Below are positions 1-64,000 of a stretch of DNA of 64,000 nucleotides, in pieces. The notes beneath the pieces were generated by a model, which had not been told where the DNA came from, searched no databases, and saw only the letters and a list, made by a program, of their open reading frames with translations. Location of the stretch: contig OZ024740.1 in the NCBI GenBank assembly GCA_964016885.1, positions 366,606,001-366,670,000 on the forward strand, in the 5' to 3' direction. Made by a program: the position numbers and the translations under genes. The stretch comes from Eledone cirrhosa (taxonomy: Eukaryota). The first letter of the stretch is position 1; each line of letters begins with the position of its first letter.

Positions 1-301
1 AACCTTTACTAGCAAGGAAAACAGATGTTAAATAATGATGATAATGATGATGAGGAGGAGGGAAACATTTGAAACACTGAAAACTAGATTGCTGGTTGCC
101 TTCCTTGTAATATAAGTGGTCATTCAATACTTTGTTAGGTTGGTGAAACAGCAGTGAAAATGTGGACCCTTAGACACCTAAAGAACTTTTTAGAAACTGT
201 TCATTACTATTAGTGGATGACTGGAAGAACATGTAGAGACTAGCTGGATTTGTGAAGGAGATGCAAAATCCATGCAAATTTGCTCAAGCAGTTTGAACTA
301 T

Positions 302-372
302 ATCATCATCATCATCAGCATTTTTCGTCCGCTTTTCCCTGCTTGCAAGGGTGGGACGGGTCATATTCAGCA
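302..372 (-). mobile_element. RTE LINE 3' tail only (same subfamily as 25543-26830)
   Basis: Matches 25543-25620 (cgtccgcttttccctgcttgcaagggtgggacgggtc) with a (CAT)n tail. Confidence 0.8.
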
Positions 373-390
373 CAGTATATATATATATTA

Positions 391-573
391 GGCAGTGAGT
401 TGCCAGTATTGGTAGAGCATTAAACGCCATGTTTTGCAACATAGAGTTATAGTCCTTTACGTTTTGAGTTCCGCCAAGGTTAACTTTGCCTTTAATCTTT
501 ACGAGGTCTATAAAATAAAGCACCAGTAATGCACTGGGTAATTGCTGGCCTTGTGCCCAAAATAGAAACAATT
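391..573 (+). mobile_element. tRNA-derived SINE (family SINE-A; central domain resembles Meta/MESC)
   Basis: A-box- and B-box-like head, gcctttcatccttacggggtcgataaaataaagtaccag-type core, agaaacaatta tail. More than 20 copies in the window. Confidence 0.85.
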
Positions 574-583
574 ATATATATAC

Positions 584-782
584 ACAGGGTCAGCTGTAAA
601 GTTCATAGGTTGACCAAGAAACTCTCATAGAATGACCACATGAAGTTTATTTTTCAACATAGTCCCTGGAAAGAAACAATGCAGTTATTAATAATAAGAA
701 TTGAAATTAATGCAAGCAAGATTTCACAGTACTAGCATCACTCCTTCATAGACAGTCTATGAACCTTTCAGCCAACCCTCAT
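584..782. mobile_element. Mariner-like MITE
   Basis: Imperfect TIRs agggtcagctgtaaagttcatagg / tctatgaacctttcagccaaccct, TA-flanked. Confidence 0.6.
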
Positions 783-817
783 ACTTTTGTATATGTCTAT
801 GGAGAAATTAAATATAT

Positions 818-1001
818 AATTGTTTCTACTTTCGGCACACGGCCAGCAATTACCCAGTACATTACTGGTATTTTATTTTATCGACCCCATAAGGATGAAA
901 GGCAAAGTTAACCTTGGTGGGATTTGAACTCAGATTGTAAAGAGACGTAACTATGCTGGAAAGCATGTCCAACCTTCTACCAACTCTGCCAATCCACCGC
1001 C
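818..1001 (-). mobile_element. SINE-A copy
   Basis: Reverse complement of the SINE-A consensus; aaatatata direct repeat on both flanks. Confidence 0.85.
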
Positions 1002-1503
1002 AAATATATAATAAACATTGTTTACATTTGTCCTGTGTGTTGTATACTGCAGTGATTGCTAAAAAAGAACTTGTTCAAGATACATAATGTATATCCAACT
1101 ACATATAAATATAAACAAAATACACCGTTTAGTGGAACTAATAAAGAACTAATTGTTCTACCTTCTAGCAAAAGCAGAAACTTTACAAATCAGATTTACC
1201 AATTTATTAAAATCTTTGCTCGTAGTGTGACTATATAAATATCTATAACCCATATTTCCCTGTGCACAGAAAAGATGATTACGTGACTTCAGAAGAGTCC
1301 CAACTAGGACAGATATCAGATCAATCTCCCTTTTTTCAGCCCATGGAGAAATAAAAAAAATATAAAGACATTTATTTACTTTTGTCTGGAGTATTAGATT
1401 ATATAGCATTTTTACACCTAAAAATGTTTTACTGATTGGTAGAGTAAAACCAATAGTACAATACCATTATCCAAAAACTGTTACTTGATGCAATGATTAT
1501 ATA

Positions 1504-1580
1504 CAGGGTGTCCCCCAAAAATGTATACACAATTCAACAGCATTCTAATCAAAGTGTGTATACATTTTTGGGACACCCTG
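1504..1580. mobile_element. 77-bp Tc1/mariner-type MITE
   Basis: TIRs CAGGGTGTCCC..AAAAATGTATACAC / GTGTATACATTTTTGGGACACCCTG, TA flanks. Second copy at 49179-49276. Confidence 0.85.
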
Positions 1581-1982
1581 TATATATATATATATATAAA
1601 TACATACACACATACATAAATATACATACATGCATACACTAACATATATATATACACACACACACATATATATATATACACACACAAATTATGTTGAAAC
1701 TCATACATAAATATTGATTGATTGATTCTTATCGAACAGTGTGTACATTTTCTTCATATTTCTCAACAGCTGAAATATTTTGTATGTTGTAGAACTCCTT
1801 GGGGGGTTTTTTGAATTATACCCATAACATACTTATTGATTTCTTTTTTTTTTTAGTTCTAGAATTTTTTGTACTGAGTTACCCTCATGAAAATTGGATG
1901 CCATATATACAAAGACAAATACATAATCATGCAAACACTCCTACATGCACACATACAGAGGAATATGTATATATATAACATT

Positions 1983-2900
1983 CAGTCCGAAACAAATGAG
2001 GTTGTGTAGGTGTCACGACAAAAAAACACACAGTCCACGCTGTAATGTGGCCGTGTAGGTAACACGGTAAAAACCTCCCAGTCCACACTGTAAATGAGGT
2101 TGGTGTTAGGAAGGGCATCCAGCCGTAGAAAACTCGCCAGACAGTCCTATACGAGCAGGACAACCACTCATGCCTCAAGTGGGAAAACTCCCGTCCAGAC
2201 CCATGCAAGCGTGGAAGATGGACGTTAAACAATGATGATATATATATCATCATCACCATGGGTTAGACAAGTTATCCTGTTGTGAGCAATGCCAGGTCAA
2301 GTGACCATGTCTTGCTCATACAGAACCGATTTTGGCTTGGTTTCTACAGCTGGATGCCCTTCCTAAAACCAACCTCATTTACAATGAGTACAGGGTGCTT
2401 TTGCCATGATGCCTACATGACCACTTTACAGTGTGGAATGGGTGCTTTTTGCTGTGACACCTACACAACCCTATATATATCATCATTATCAGTTTTGCAT
2501 CCACTTTTCCATGCTTGTATGGGTCCTTCTCAACACAGCATCTCTCCACACGCCGCGCTCGTTTGTCATCTCCTTTGTGAGTCTCAGCAGTCAGAGGTCA
2601 GCTCTCATCACATCCGCCCAGGTATTCCTTGGTCTACCTTTACTGTTTTCCTTCCACAGGGAATTCCTGGCACTTCACCCAGCGTTCATCATCCATGCGT
2701 ATCACATGCCCATACCAATGCAGTCACCTCTCTTGCACACCACTTCATATTCCTCTTAAACCTAGTTTTGCTCTCAGTTCATCCAAACACTGCCTTTCTC
2801 TCACATTTATATTGCGCACATCCAATGAAGGAAGGTTGCTTATATATATATATATACAACCTATGCAAGCATGGAAAACAGATGTAAAAACAATGATGGT
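1983..2900. mobile_element. Cluster of RTE 3' UTR and C-terminal fragments in both orientations
   Basis: Conserved tail gttggtgttaggaagggcatccagc...ggacgttaaa..gatgat on + at 1983-2240 and - at 2245-2470. Decayed minus-strand C-terminal coding fragment at 2480-2830. Confidence 0.8.
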
Positions 2901-3734
2901 AATATATATATATATGTGCACACATATGCATCTATATATATATATATTTCAACATGTCTATGTGCACATACACACACATATATTACCAGAATAATTTCAC
3001 AAATTTCACAAATCTCATCTTGATTCCTGAGATAAATCCCAAATGACATGTTTCTCACCAGTTTAGATTCTTTACAAAGTGTAATTACTCTAGAGTTTTC
3101 CAAGATAAAGAATCTTGTTAATCTGATTCTATCTTGAAATAAAAACAAACAATACTAATAGATACTGTTGTTCATCATGAGGGACGGCTTTACATAAGCC
3201 AAGGATAGAAGGACTTTACTCAGTTGCTTCCTTTACTAGAAATAACAACCAGATCTCTCCCAGTCACTCTAACATCTTAGAGAAACAGTAATGATACCAT
3301 GGATAATGTAGTACAGAACATGAACAAAAACTGAGTTGGTCACCATTGGATTGTCTTTTTATCAGTCTTTTTTCTACTCCTTGCTTTTGATTATGGCAGT
3401 GTACAAAAGATTGTGAACATATTTCAATTCCTAATTGAGAATGTTCAGATTGCTATTTTTAGGTGAATTACCTCCCATAAGGGATCAGCCTGCTTGGGAA
3501 GGGGCATTCAATCTACCAGTCATTTAGGCTAATTACTTCCTGCAAGAGGCCAGCCAGTTGGGGGAAGTGGTATATTATTTGTATTGGTTGTAGCTCCAGG
3601 TAGAAGTGTCTCCATTTTCCTGGAGACAGGAGGCACGATTTGAACTCAGAATGTACAGAGCCAAAACAGATAATCCTGAAGAATTGCATCCAATTCTTTA
3701 ATGATTCTGTCAATCCACTGTTCCTAGATTGGTT

Positions 3735-3993
3735 CTTTATTTATTGACCCCTGAAAGGATGAAATGGCACAGTTGACCTCAACAGCATTTGAACTCAGTA
3801 TTTGTATCAAAGTATTATATCAAGCATAGAGTTATGGCTCTTTATGGTCTGAGTTCAAATCCTGCTGAGGTTAGCTTTGCCTTTCATCTTTACGAGGTCG
3901 TTAAAATAAAGTACCAGTAATGCACTGGGGTTGATTTAATCGACTTTCCCCTCCCCAAAATTGCTGGCCTTGTGCCTATAGTAGAAATCATTA
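3735..3993. mobile_element. Two SINE-A fragments in opposite orientation
   Basis: Minus-strand piece 3735-3800; plus-strand long variant 3822-3993. Confidence 0.75.
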
Positions 3994-4389
3994 TATCAGC
4001 ATCAGCTGGGACTAAACAACAACAAAAACTGCGAAAACAAGCTTCTTATTGTTGTGTTAACAGTTTCAATGTTGCCTAGGTAGAATCTGTAGAGTACTTG
4101 ACAAAAATGTAATAACAAGCATTAAGTCACATTCTGAGTTCAAATTCCACTGAGGTCAACTTTGCCACTCTTCCTTCTGGAAAGTTTTCTGTCTGTGGCT
4201 TAACAAATTCCAACTTCATTTCAAGTTCATCATCATCCTCATCATCATTTCACCACCACTGTTATCTTTAATGGCAATGTTATATTGACAAACCCATGCA
4301 AATTTGCCTCTGGTTCTATGGAACAAAACCACCCACTTTTAAAGGGTTCATATTCAAATTAAAACCTTCCAATATAATTTAATATAAGA

Positions 4390-4498
4390 ACCTTTTGTAC
4401 CATCTTAGTAATGAAAATGATTTAGTAAATCCCTCCATATTATTCACTAATTTAATGAAATATAGTGTATTCCATTAGAAATATGGTGACAAAAGGGT
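4390..4498. mobile_element. piggyBac-like MITE (degenerate)
   Basis: Inverted ends ccttttgtaccat / atggtgacaaaaggg followed by tta. Confidence 0.5.
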
Positions 4499-5728
4499 TA
4501 CTATCTATTTCTATTTACACTAGTAGTCTTTCAAATGGGTTTGTTTCCACCACATTTTGGCAGTCCAATAATTAAGAAAAAAAAAAAAAAAAAAAATTAG
4601 CACCTCTCATAAAAGTGAGCCAAGCCCTGATCACACAATGAATGGGTGTGGCAACATTTCTGTGAATCACAGCAAGTTCTTTATCATATTTTTCATAATT
4701 TATTTTTTAAAGAATTAATTGCTCTTTCCCTTAGCTCTGTCTTTGGAGAAACAAGCAGCAGGAGAAGACAAAGCACCATTACCATATTTCAAAGCAAATG
4801 TTTAAGTCATTATTTTATGACTGTTTTCCAAGCTGGCATGGGTTGTGCAGTAGGAAATAAATGAAATTGAACTAAAGCTGTGACCTAGTTCTGAATCACA
4901 TGTGTTACCGATATCATCATCATCCCCATCATTAAGTCTCTCAGGTTTTAGAATAGATACACCATATCCTGGCATTTCGTAAGAGGTGACTAAAAGGGTT
5001 GGTGCCAGGAAGGGCATCGAGCTGTAAAACACTGTCTTAAAACATCCAACCCAATTCATGTCAGTAGGAAAAGTGGATGTAAAACAATGCAGATGCTTAA
5101 GCTGGAGAGGTCCTCATGGCTTAAGACAGTTTTAATTTGGAGTTAATTCCTTTCTAGATAGCATGAGTTCTACGGAGGGAAGGCTTTCTTCATACCAACT
5201 ACTTTACAAAGTGTGGTGAATGCATTTTATCATGGCACCAGCACGAGAGAGAGAGAGAGGGGGAGAGGGAGAGAGAGAGAGAAGGAAAGAAATATTGAGA
5301 GAGAGAGAAAGATTAAATACACAATTAAATACAGATTGTACATACATATGTATGTTTATTATTTTACAAATTCATAAAACCATATATATTATTATTACTT
5401 CCTTTCTTCATAGATTCAGTTACTGTTTGTAGCAGATATAACAGTTCACAGAGTTGTTATATAAGACTGAGATTGTACCAGGTATGATGATAAAAGTATA
5501 ATGTTTAATGAATATCTGTGTCTTTTTGTCAATGTCTGTGGGTTTTCTTTTTCAAAATAGCCAAAACAAAACAAAGCCAAAAAGAAATAAATAGATAAAA
5601 AAATAAAATGACATTAAAAGATCACAACAAAATCTATCTGATATGAATTCAGAACCACTCTCCTACTCCAAATGTTTAGTAGCACGTATGTATGAGTATG
5701 TATTTAAGAGTTTGAGAGCTCAACTGCA

Positions 5729-58772
<53,044 letters not shown>

Positions 58773-59349
58773 TTTCAAGTATCGCCGGTGTTAGGTGAGA
58801 ACAATTACCATCCGTAAATTTATACCGTTTTACATTTGCATTTTCATTGAATCAATCATGGAATAGTAGTTAAATAAATAAATAAAGTGGAGTCTGAGGA
58901 AGTATGGCTGAGCTACATCAGAAAAATATATTTGCTTCTAAATTTTTTAAAAACAGAATACAGTATTAATAATTGAATGTTGTTGTTTAGACCGATGTCA
59001 GCTCTGATTGATCAGACCTATGATCAAAGGTCTTCCAGTCATGGCTATTACGTTTTTTTAATGTAAAGTAGTACATGTTTAACACTGAAGACAGTATGAT
59101 GTAATTTGAGGGAGAATTAGCAGCTATTTCTAACAGGTAGAACAACAACCAAGTGGTTTACGCGCTGACACTAGATAGATATTGATTTCTAAAAGTACAT
59201 GCTAACAAATTTGTAGAGAAGGGATATAAGATACAAGAGGCTGAATTGACCAATCTATATTACTGCTATTTATTTTAACGACCCTTGGAGATATATGAGC
59301 GGCAGTCTGGTAGAAATGATAGCTAAATTCCACCAAATCATAGCATACA

Positions 59350-60068
59350 GACGTCCCTCCTCCTTCTCCCCCTGTTGACGTCAAGTCCCCCCCAGCGCAC
59401 TTAGGAGCCTCAGACAGGCTCACGCACCAGCTCGACCAGCACCGCCTTGCTTGTTTTCGTGCGGTCTCCAAACCCCACAGTGGTGCCTGGCTCCATGTCC
59501 TGCCCTCCTTCTCCACTGACTCTTTCAGCCTCCACCCGCTTTCCTGTCGCCACAGTGCCGATCGCATTCCACGCCATGCTGCCCTCAACGAGGTCATTAA
59601 GCATGGCTTGGACGCTGCAGACTTCCCTTCCCAGCTCGAGCCGGTGGGGCTGGATCGAGGGGACGGCAAAAGGCCAGATGGCATGACCATCTTCCGTTCC
59701 GCGGTGGCAAACTCCTCGTCTGGGATGCCACTTGCACCGACACTTTCTGCAGCCGCAATCTGATGCAGTCTGCGACTGACCCAGGTTCTGCTGCACGTCG
59801 GGCTGAGGGGGCCAAACTCCTCAAATACCGGTCGCTCTCCGACAGGTTTTCGGTCGTACCTCTGGCAGTGGAGACTTCTGGTGTCCTCGGCCCCAGGGCT
59901 ACCTCCTTACTCACCACCATAGGCGCTGAGCTGGCCAGCCGCAGGTGTGAGCCCCGCGAGTTGGAGTGGCTTTTCCAGCGCGTCTCCCTTGCCGTCCTCC
60001 GGGGAAACGCCTTCTCCATTCTGTCCGCCGGGGCTGTGGGTGGGCCCCATCGCGTACCAATACATTAG
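59350..60068 (+). mobile_element. CRE-clade non-LTR retrotransposon 3' fragment (restriction-like endonuclease)
   Basis: GC-rich. Frames read SGAWLHVLP..RHAALNEVI..EPVGLDRGDGKRPDGMTIF..WDATCTDT..AEGAKLLKY..PLAVETSG..QRVSLAVLRGNA. Confidence 0.85.
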
Positions 60069-60128
60069 TTAAATACCATTCTTTCATCTGATATATCTCT
60101 AAATTACACACTATTTTCTTATAGTACA

Positions 60129-60278
60129 TAATTGTTTCTACTTTAGGCACAAGGCCAGCAATTACTCCGTGCATTACTGGTACTTTATTTTATCGACCCC
60201 GTAAGGATGAAAGGCAAAGTCAACCACGGCGGGATTTGAACTCAGATCGTAAAGAGACGTAACTATGCTGGAAAGCAT
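60129..60278 (-). mobile_element. 5'-truncated SINE-A
   Basis: 14-bp TSD ttatagtacataat. Confidence 0.87.
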
Positions 60279-60478
60279 TATAGTACATAATGTAGTGCTA
60301 TCAGAAGGATATATTGAACAATGTTGTCATTGATATACAAAAATACAGGATCGTCACGACTAGAATAATTTTATTTATTTATTTGTTTATTTATTTTCAT
60401 TGAATCTTCTCTTTATTCCCTAAGCTTATTTTACTTAATTATTAATCTTGCCTGCATTCCTTAAATTTGTGGCCTTGC

Positions 60479-60729
60479 CAGCGGCGTGCAGATCTCTGGT
60501 GATGTCCGAGGCAAATCTTGATTGTATGCCCCAAAGATTCAAGTATAAGGCCTAATATACTGAGAAATATTATGAGAAAGGGAAATATTTTAAATATATA
60601 AACACAGATGAAACATGAAATAAACGCTTTATTCGATTTTAATATAAATCAATCCAATTTATTAAGTTCTTTTCCCCAAAGGATGCCCGGGGCCAACGCA
60701 CCGTGGCCCCACCCCCCTGCACGCTACTG
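60479..60729. mobile_element. hAT-type MITE
   Basis: TIRs CAGCGGCGTGCAG / CTGCACGCTACTG, 8-bp TSD ggccttgc / ggtcttgc. Confidence 0.75.
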
Positions 60730-60792
60730 GGTCTTGCATATGATAAACTCTCACGTCGATTTTAACAAAAGAGTTTCCCAGTTGTTCAGCTA

Positions 60793-62863
60793 CACTGGTT
60801 TATAATGAAATTGCTTCGGAGACCAAACCCAGTTGATCTTTATTAATTTGTGGGCGCTGAATTCGAAAATGATACACATTTTTGAAGTTTAGGTGTTATT
60901 TTCGAAATTCAACTCAAAGGTGGCTTTTGCATTTTTGTTGAAAATAAGAGAATGGGTGTCAGGGGATTGGGATTGTAAGCTACTGTCTATAGTGCAGGAC
61001 CAAATATTTGAAGAAATATGGTGAAATACTTTCTTACTCATAGCAATGATGGTTAATATTTGTTTATCATTGAACATATGATGATTAAAAGCAACTAACT
61101 CTAAGGTTCTCAAAGTGGGCACTACCGCCCCTCGGGGGGCGTTGAGAAGGCCCAGAGGGCGCTGGGACCTAAGGGGGCAGTGAGTGGGGTAGAGATGATA
61201 TAATAGTATATTAAATATCAAATGATACATATTATATATAAATATAGTAAAATAAAAAATATGTAATATTTATTTATACATAGTATATATATTATTTACT
61301 ATATATAAATTAACGATTTCATTTATTACATATTATTTACAATTTGCATGTAGGCAGATCTCTCTGGAAATAGAGTTGGGGGTGCTGAGGGTATTACTTG
61401 GCCGTGAGGGGGGGGGGGGGTTAAAACGTTTGAGAACCACTGAACTAAATGAACGTGATCTAAATGAACCCAAACTCGCCTCCGTCAAGTAATGTCGCTA
61501 TGTATGATAGAAGTCATTTGTATTATGGAATCATTGTTTATAATGCATCAATCAGGAGTTGACAACTATTTGGAAGTAGTATGAGGCAATAATGTTTTGT
61601 TATATTTGTACCGAAATATCTTTTTCTGTCCCAAATATAACAATGGCAAACATTGTTGTAAGGGCCTATCATTTTTATTTGGGATGCAAAGTGAGTGACC
61701 AAGAGTTGGGCCTCATATGTGTGCTGCAATACTTGTGCAACAAATCTTCTCCAATGGTTGCAAAGGAAAAGAAAATCTATGTATTTTTGCTGTGATGGTG
61801 GCTTGGCATGAGCAAACTAATCATTTAAATGGTTGTTACTTCTGTATTATGCAACTAGGTCGGAAAGAACTTAAAGGGAAGAGGTAATGAAATGTTGATT
61901 ATCCCTTGTACCAGACGCCCAGTACAGCAAAGCGAAGAACTACCTACATCTGTGCTTTCAGAAATAATCCCTGAATTGAATGATAATGAAGATGACTTTG
62001 AAGTAGAGTTTGAAGCTTTAACATAAAAAAAATCCAGATTTTGCTTCAAGGTATCCAACAAAAATATTGCATATGATAAGACAAAGTGAACTAAATGATC
62101 TCATCAGATGTTTTAGAGCTGCAAAAAAATAAAGCGGAATTGTTGGGGCTCATGGTTACATCAATGAAATTTACTTGCTGATGATACCAGAGTATGATTA
62201 TTTAGAAATCGTGATAAAGATTTCGGCCATTTTGTTTACAAAGAGGGTAACCTTGTAGGATGTACTGATATTGGCGGCCTTATGATGGGTTTATGCATTA
62301 ACCATCATTCGGAATAGTGAAGATTATTCATTTACTTATCCAACAATTCCGGTTGGATATGCTGTTAATACGAAGGAAACATACGGGGAACGTCTGATCG
62401 GTATAAATTATAATAGATACCAATGGTAGATCTGTGGTAACTTAAAAATAGCTACTTTGTTGATGGGACTAAAGTTAGACCACACTAAATACTGTTTTTT
62501 TTTGTGTGTGAATGGGAGTAGTGCAAAAGATTCTCAATAGACAAAGAAAGATTGGCCACGTCACGTGTCACTAGAAACTGGGATAAAAAAAAATGTTCAA
62601 AATCTGCCTCTTGTAGATAGTGAAAATATCTTGCTGCCACCAGTACACATCAAACAGCGGTTGATGAAAAATTTCATAAAAGCTCTAAATAAGACAGAAG
62701 AGGCTTTTCAGTATCTTGGTATAAAATATTTCTAAAATATCTAAAACAATTGAACATAAACCATCAATTATTTTGTCATTTTCAAGTTTAGCACCCCAAA
62801 ATGCATAAAGAAAGTGATATTTAAGCTCCGAGCAGAGGTTTTTTGAAATGTTGTAGATCTGTG
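60793..62863 (+). mobile_element. Decayed DNA transposon, Chapaev3-like
   Basis: Broken frames FCYICTE..RAYHFYLGCKVSDQ..NHLNGCYFC..QSELNDLIR..ICGNLK..ILLPPVHIKQRLMKNFIKAL. CAC...GTG ends; subterminal IR gggcgctgaattcgaaaatga / tcattttcaagtttagcaccc. Family assignment is from recalled motifs. Confidence 0.68.
61101..61442. mobile_element. hAT (Charlie-like) MITE nested in the Chapaev3-like element
   Basis: TIRs ggttctcaaa / tttgagaaccactg, TSD aactaact / aactaaat. Confidence 0.88.
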
Positions 62864-63204
62864 TTGTCAATGGAATTATCAGCTCATTGTATTATCGTGT
62901 AAGTGGCTGTGCATTCCATAGACATTTATACACTTAACGTAACTCGCTGTCAGACTGTCATAAGCAGTGATAGAAATAGATTTCAGTTAAGGGCGCGGTA
63001 GATCCTATAGCCCCACCCCATGGAAACTGAATAGTAGGGGAACGCCGCCATGTCATTGTGTTAACCCCCGCCTCATTTCCATCAGGTGACAAAGCTGATT
63101 ACTCTTGAATTACAGAATTATAGATATGGTTCATTTGGTATTATATTGGCAGCTGATATTTCAGTTACATTTAGACATCTTTATGACATTAAAACGAAAA
63201 TTAT

Positions 63205-63257
<53 letters not shown>

Positions 63258-63262
<5 letters not shown>

Positions 63263-63527
63263 AAAGAATGAAGAATAACATGGTCGGCTGTACAAAAAGG
63301 GTTTATTTACAGTATTAACAATTGTTTCATTAATCAGGTGAGTCTCAAAGCCGCTGGTCGCTAGAAAATTACGTCACTCGACCTACAGGCACACTGTAAT
63401 TAGGGTCAAGTGACGTAATTTTCTAGCGATCAGCGGCTTTTAGACTCACCTGATTAATGAAACGATTGATACTACTGTAAATAAACCCTTTTTGTACAGC
63501 CGACCATGTTATTCTTCATTCTTTTAT

Positions 63528-63530
<3 letters not shown>
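63258..63530. repeat. Fold-back palindrome P5 (~125-bp arms) inside a TA/CA microsatellite
   Basis: taataaaagaatgaagaataacatggtcggctgtacaaaaaggg... / ...ccctttttgtacagccgaccatgttattcttcattcttttatta. Confidence 0.93.
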
Positions 63531-63617
<87 letters not shown>

Positions 63618-63684
63618 ATTTTGTGTGTAAAAACCTTTGTATGGGCCGCAGGTGTGCTTGTAAAGGGCCCCATGTTTGACATAC

Positions 63685-63810
63685 CTGGTGTAGACCTCTG
63701 GCGTTCGTTGTTCCCGTACTACCTACTTACCCACTACTATCGGGCTGAGCCCCACGTGTTAGAACAGCTATTTCAAAGCGTCTCCTTTGCTTTCTACCGT
63801 TGGAACCAAA
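63685..63810 (+). mobile_element. CRE-type LINE 3' fragment
   Basis: Similarity to 59870-60010. Confidence 0.6.
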
Positions 63811-63828
63811 TATTCCAGTATCACAAGA

Positions 63829-64000
63829 CGGTGGATTGGCAGTATCGGTAGAGCGTCGGACAACATGCTTTACTGCATAGAGTTATGGCCTCTTACAATC
63901 TGAGTTCAAATCCTGCCAAGGTTAGTTTTACCTTCTATCCTTAACGGGATCGAGAGAATAAAGTACCAGTGATGCACTGGGGTCGACTTAATCGACTTTC
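63829..64000 (+). mobile_element. SINE-A copy cut by the window end
   Basis: A box, B box and core present. Confidence 0.85.

Noticed and set aside
58775-59340. Core or bidirectional promoter of TRDMT1
   Set aside because: Expected by position, but no specific element or TSS can be supported from sequence alone.

Overview
Eukaryotic, AT-rich and repeat-dense DNA. The repeat repertoire suggests an octopus or other coleoid cephalopod (inference). I found one host protein-coding gene: TRDMT1/DNMT2 (tRNA C38 cytosine-5 methyltransferase) on the minus strand. I assembled it by hand as 9 coding exons from 58772 down to 5729 (1239 nt, 412 aa), all with GT-AG introns and matching phases; the ORF track catches only part of exon 6. 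The introns and flanks hold many mobile elements. These include young and old RTE-clade LINEs, with a ~16 kb nest of insertions into (TA)n arrays in intron 7, and a Penelope-like element ending in an apparently intact minimal hammerhead ribozyme. There are also five long fold-back palindromes whose arms start at hammerhead-like GAAA motifs, more than 20 copies of a tRNA-derived SINE, CRE-type LINE 3' fragments, a mariner remnant, a Chapaev3-like remnant, and hAT, piggyBac and Tc1-type MITEs. The long YI-repeat ORFs are microsatellite artefacts. No CRISPR, rRNA or intact tRNA gene is supported.
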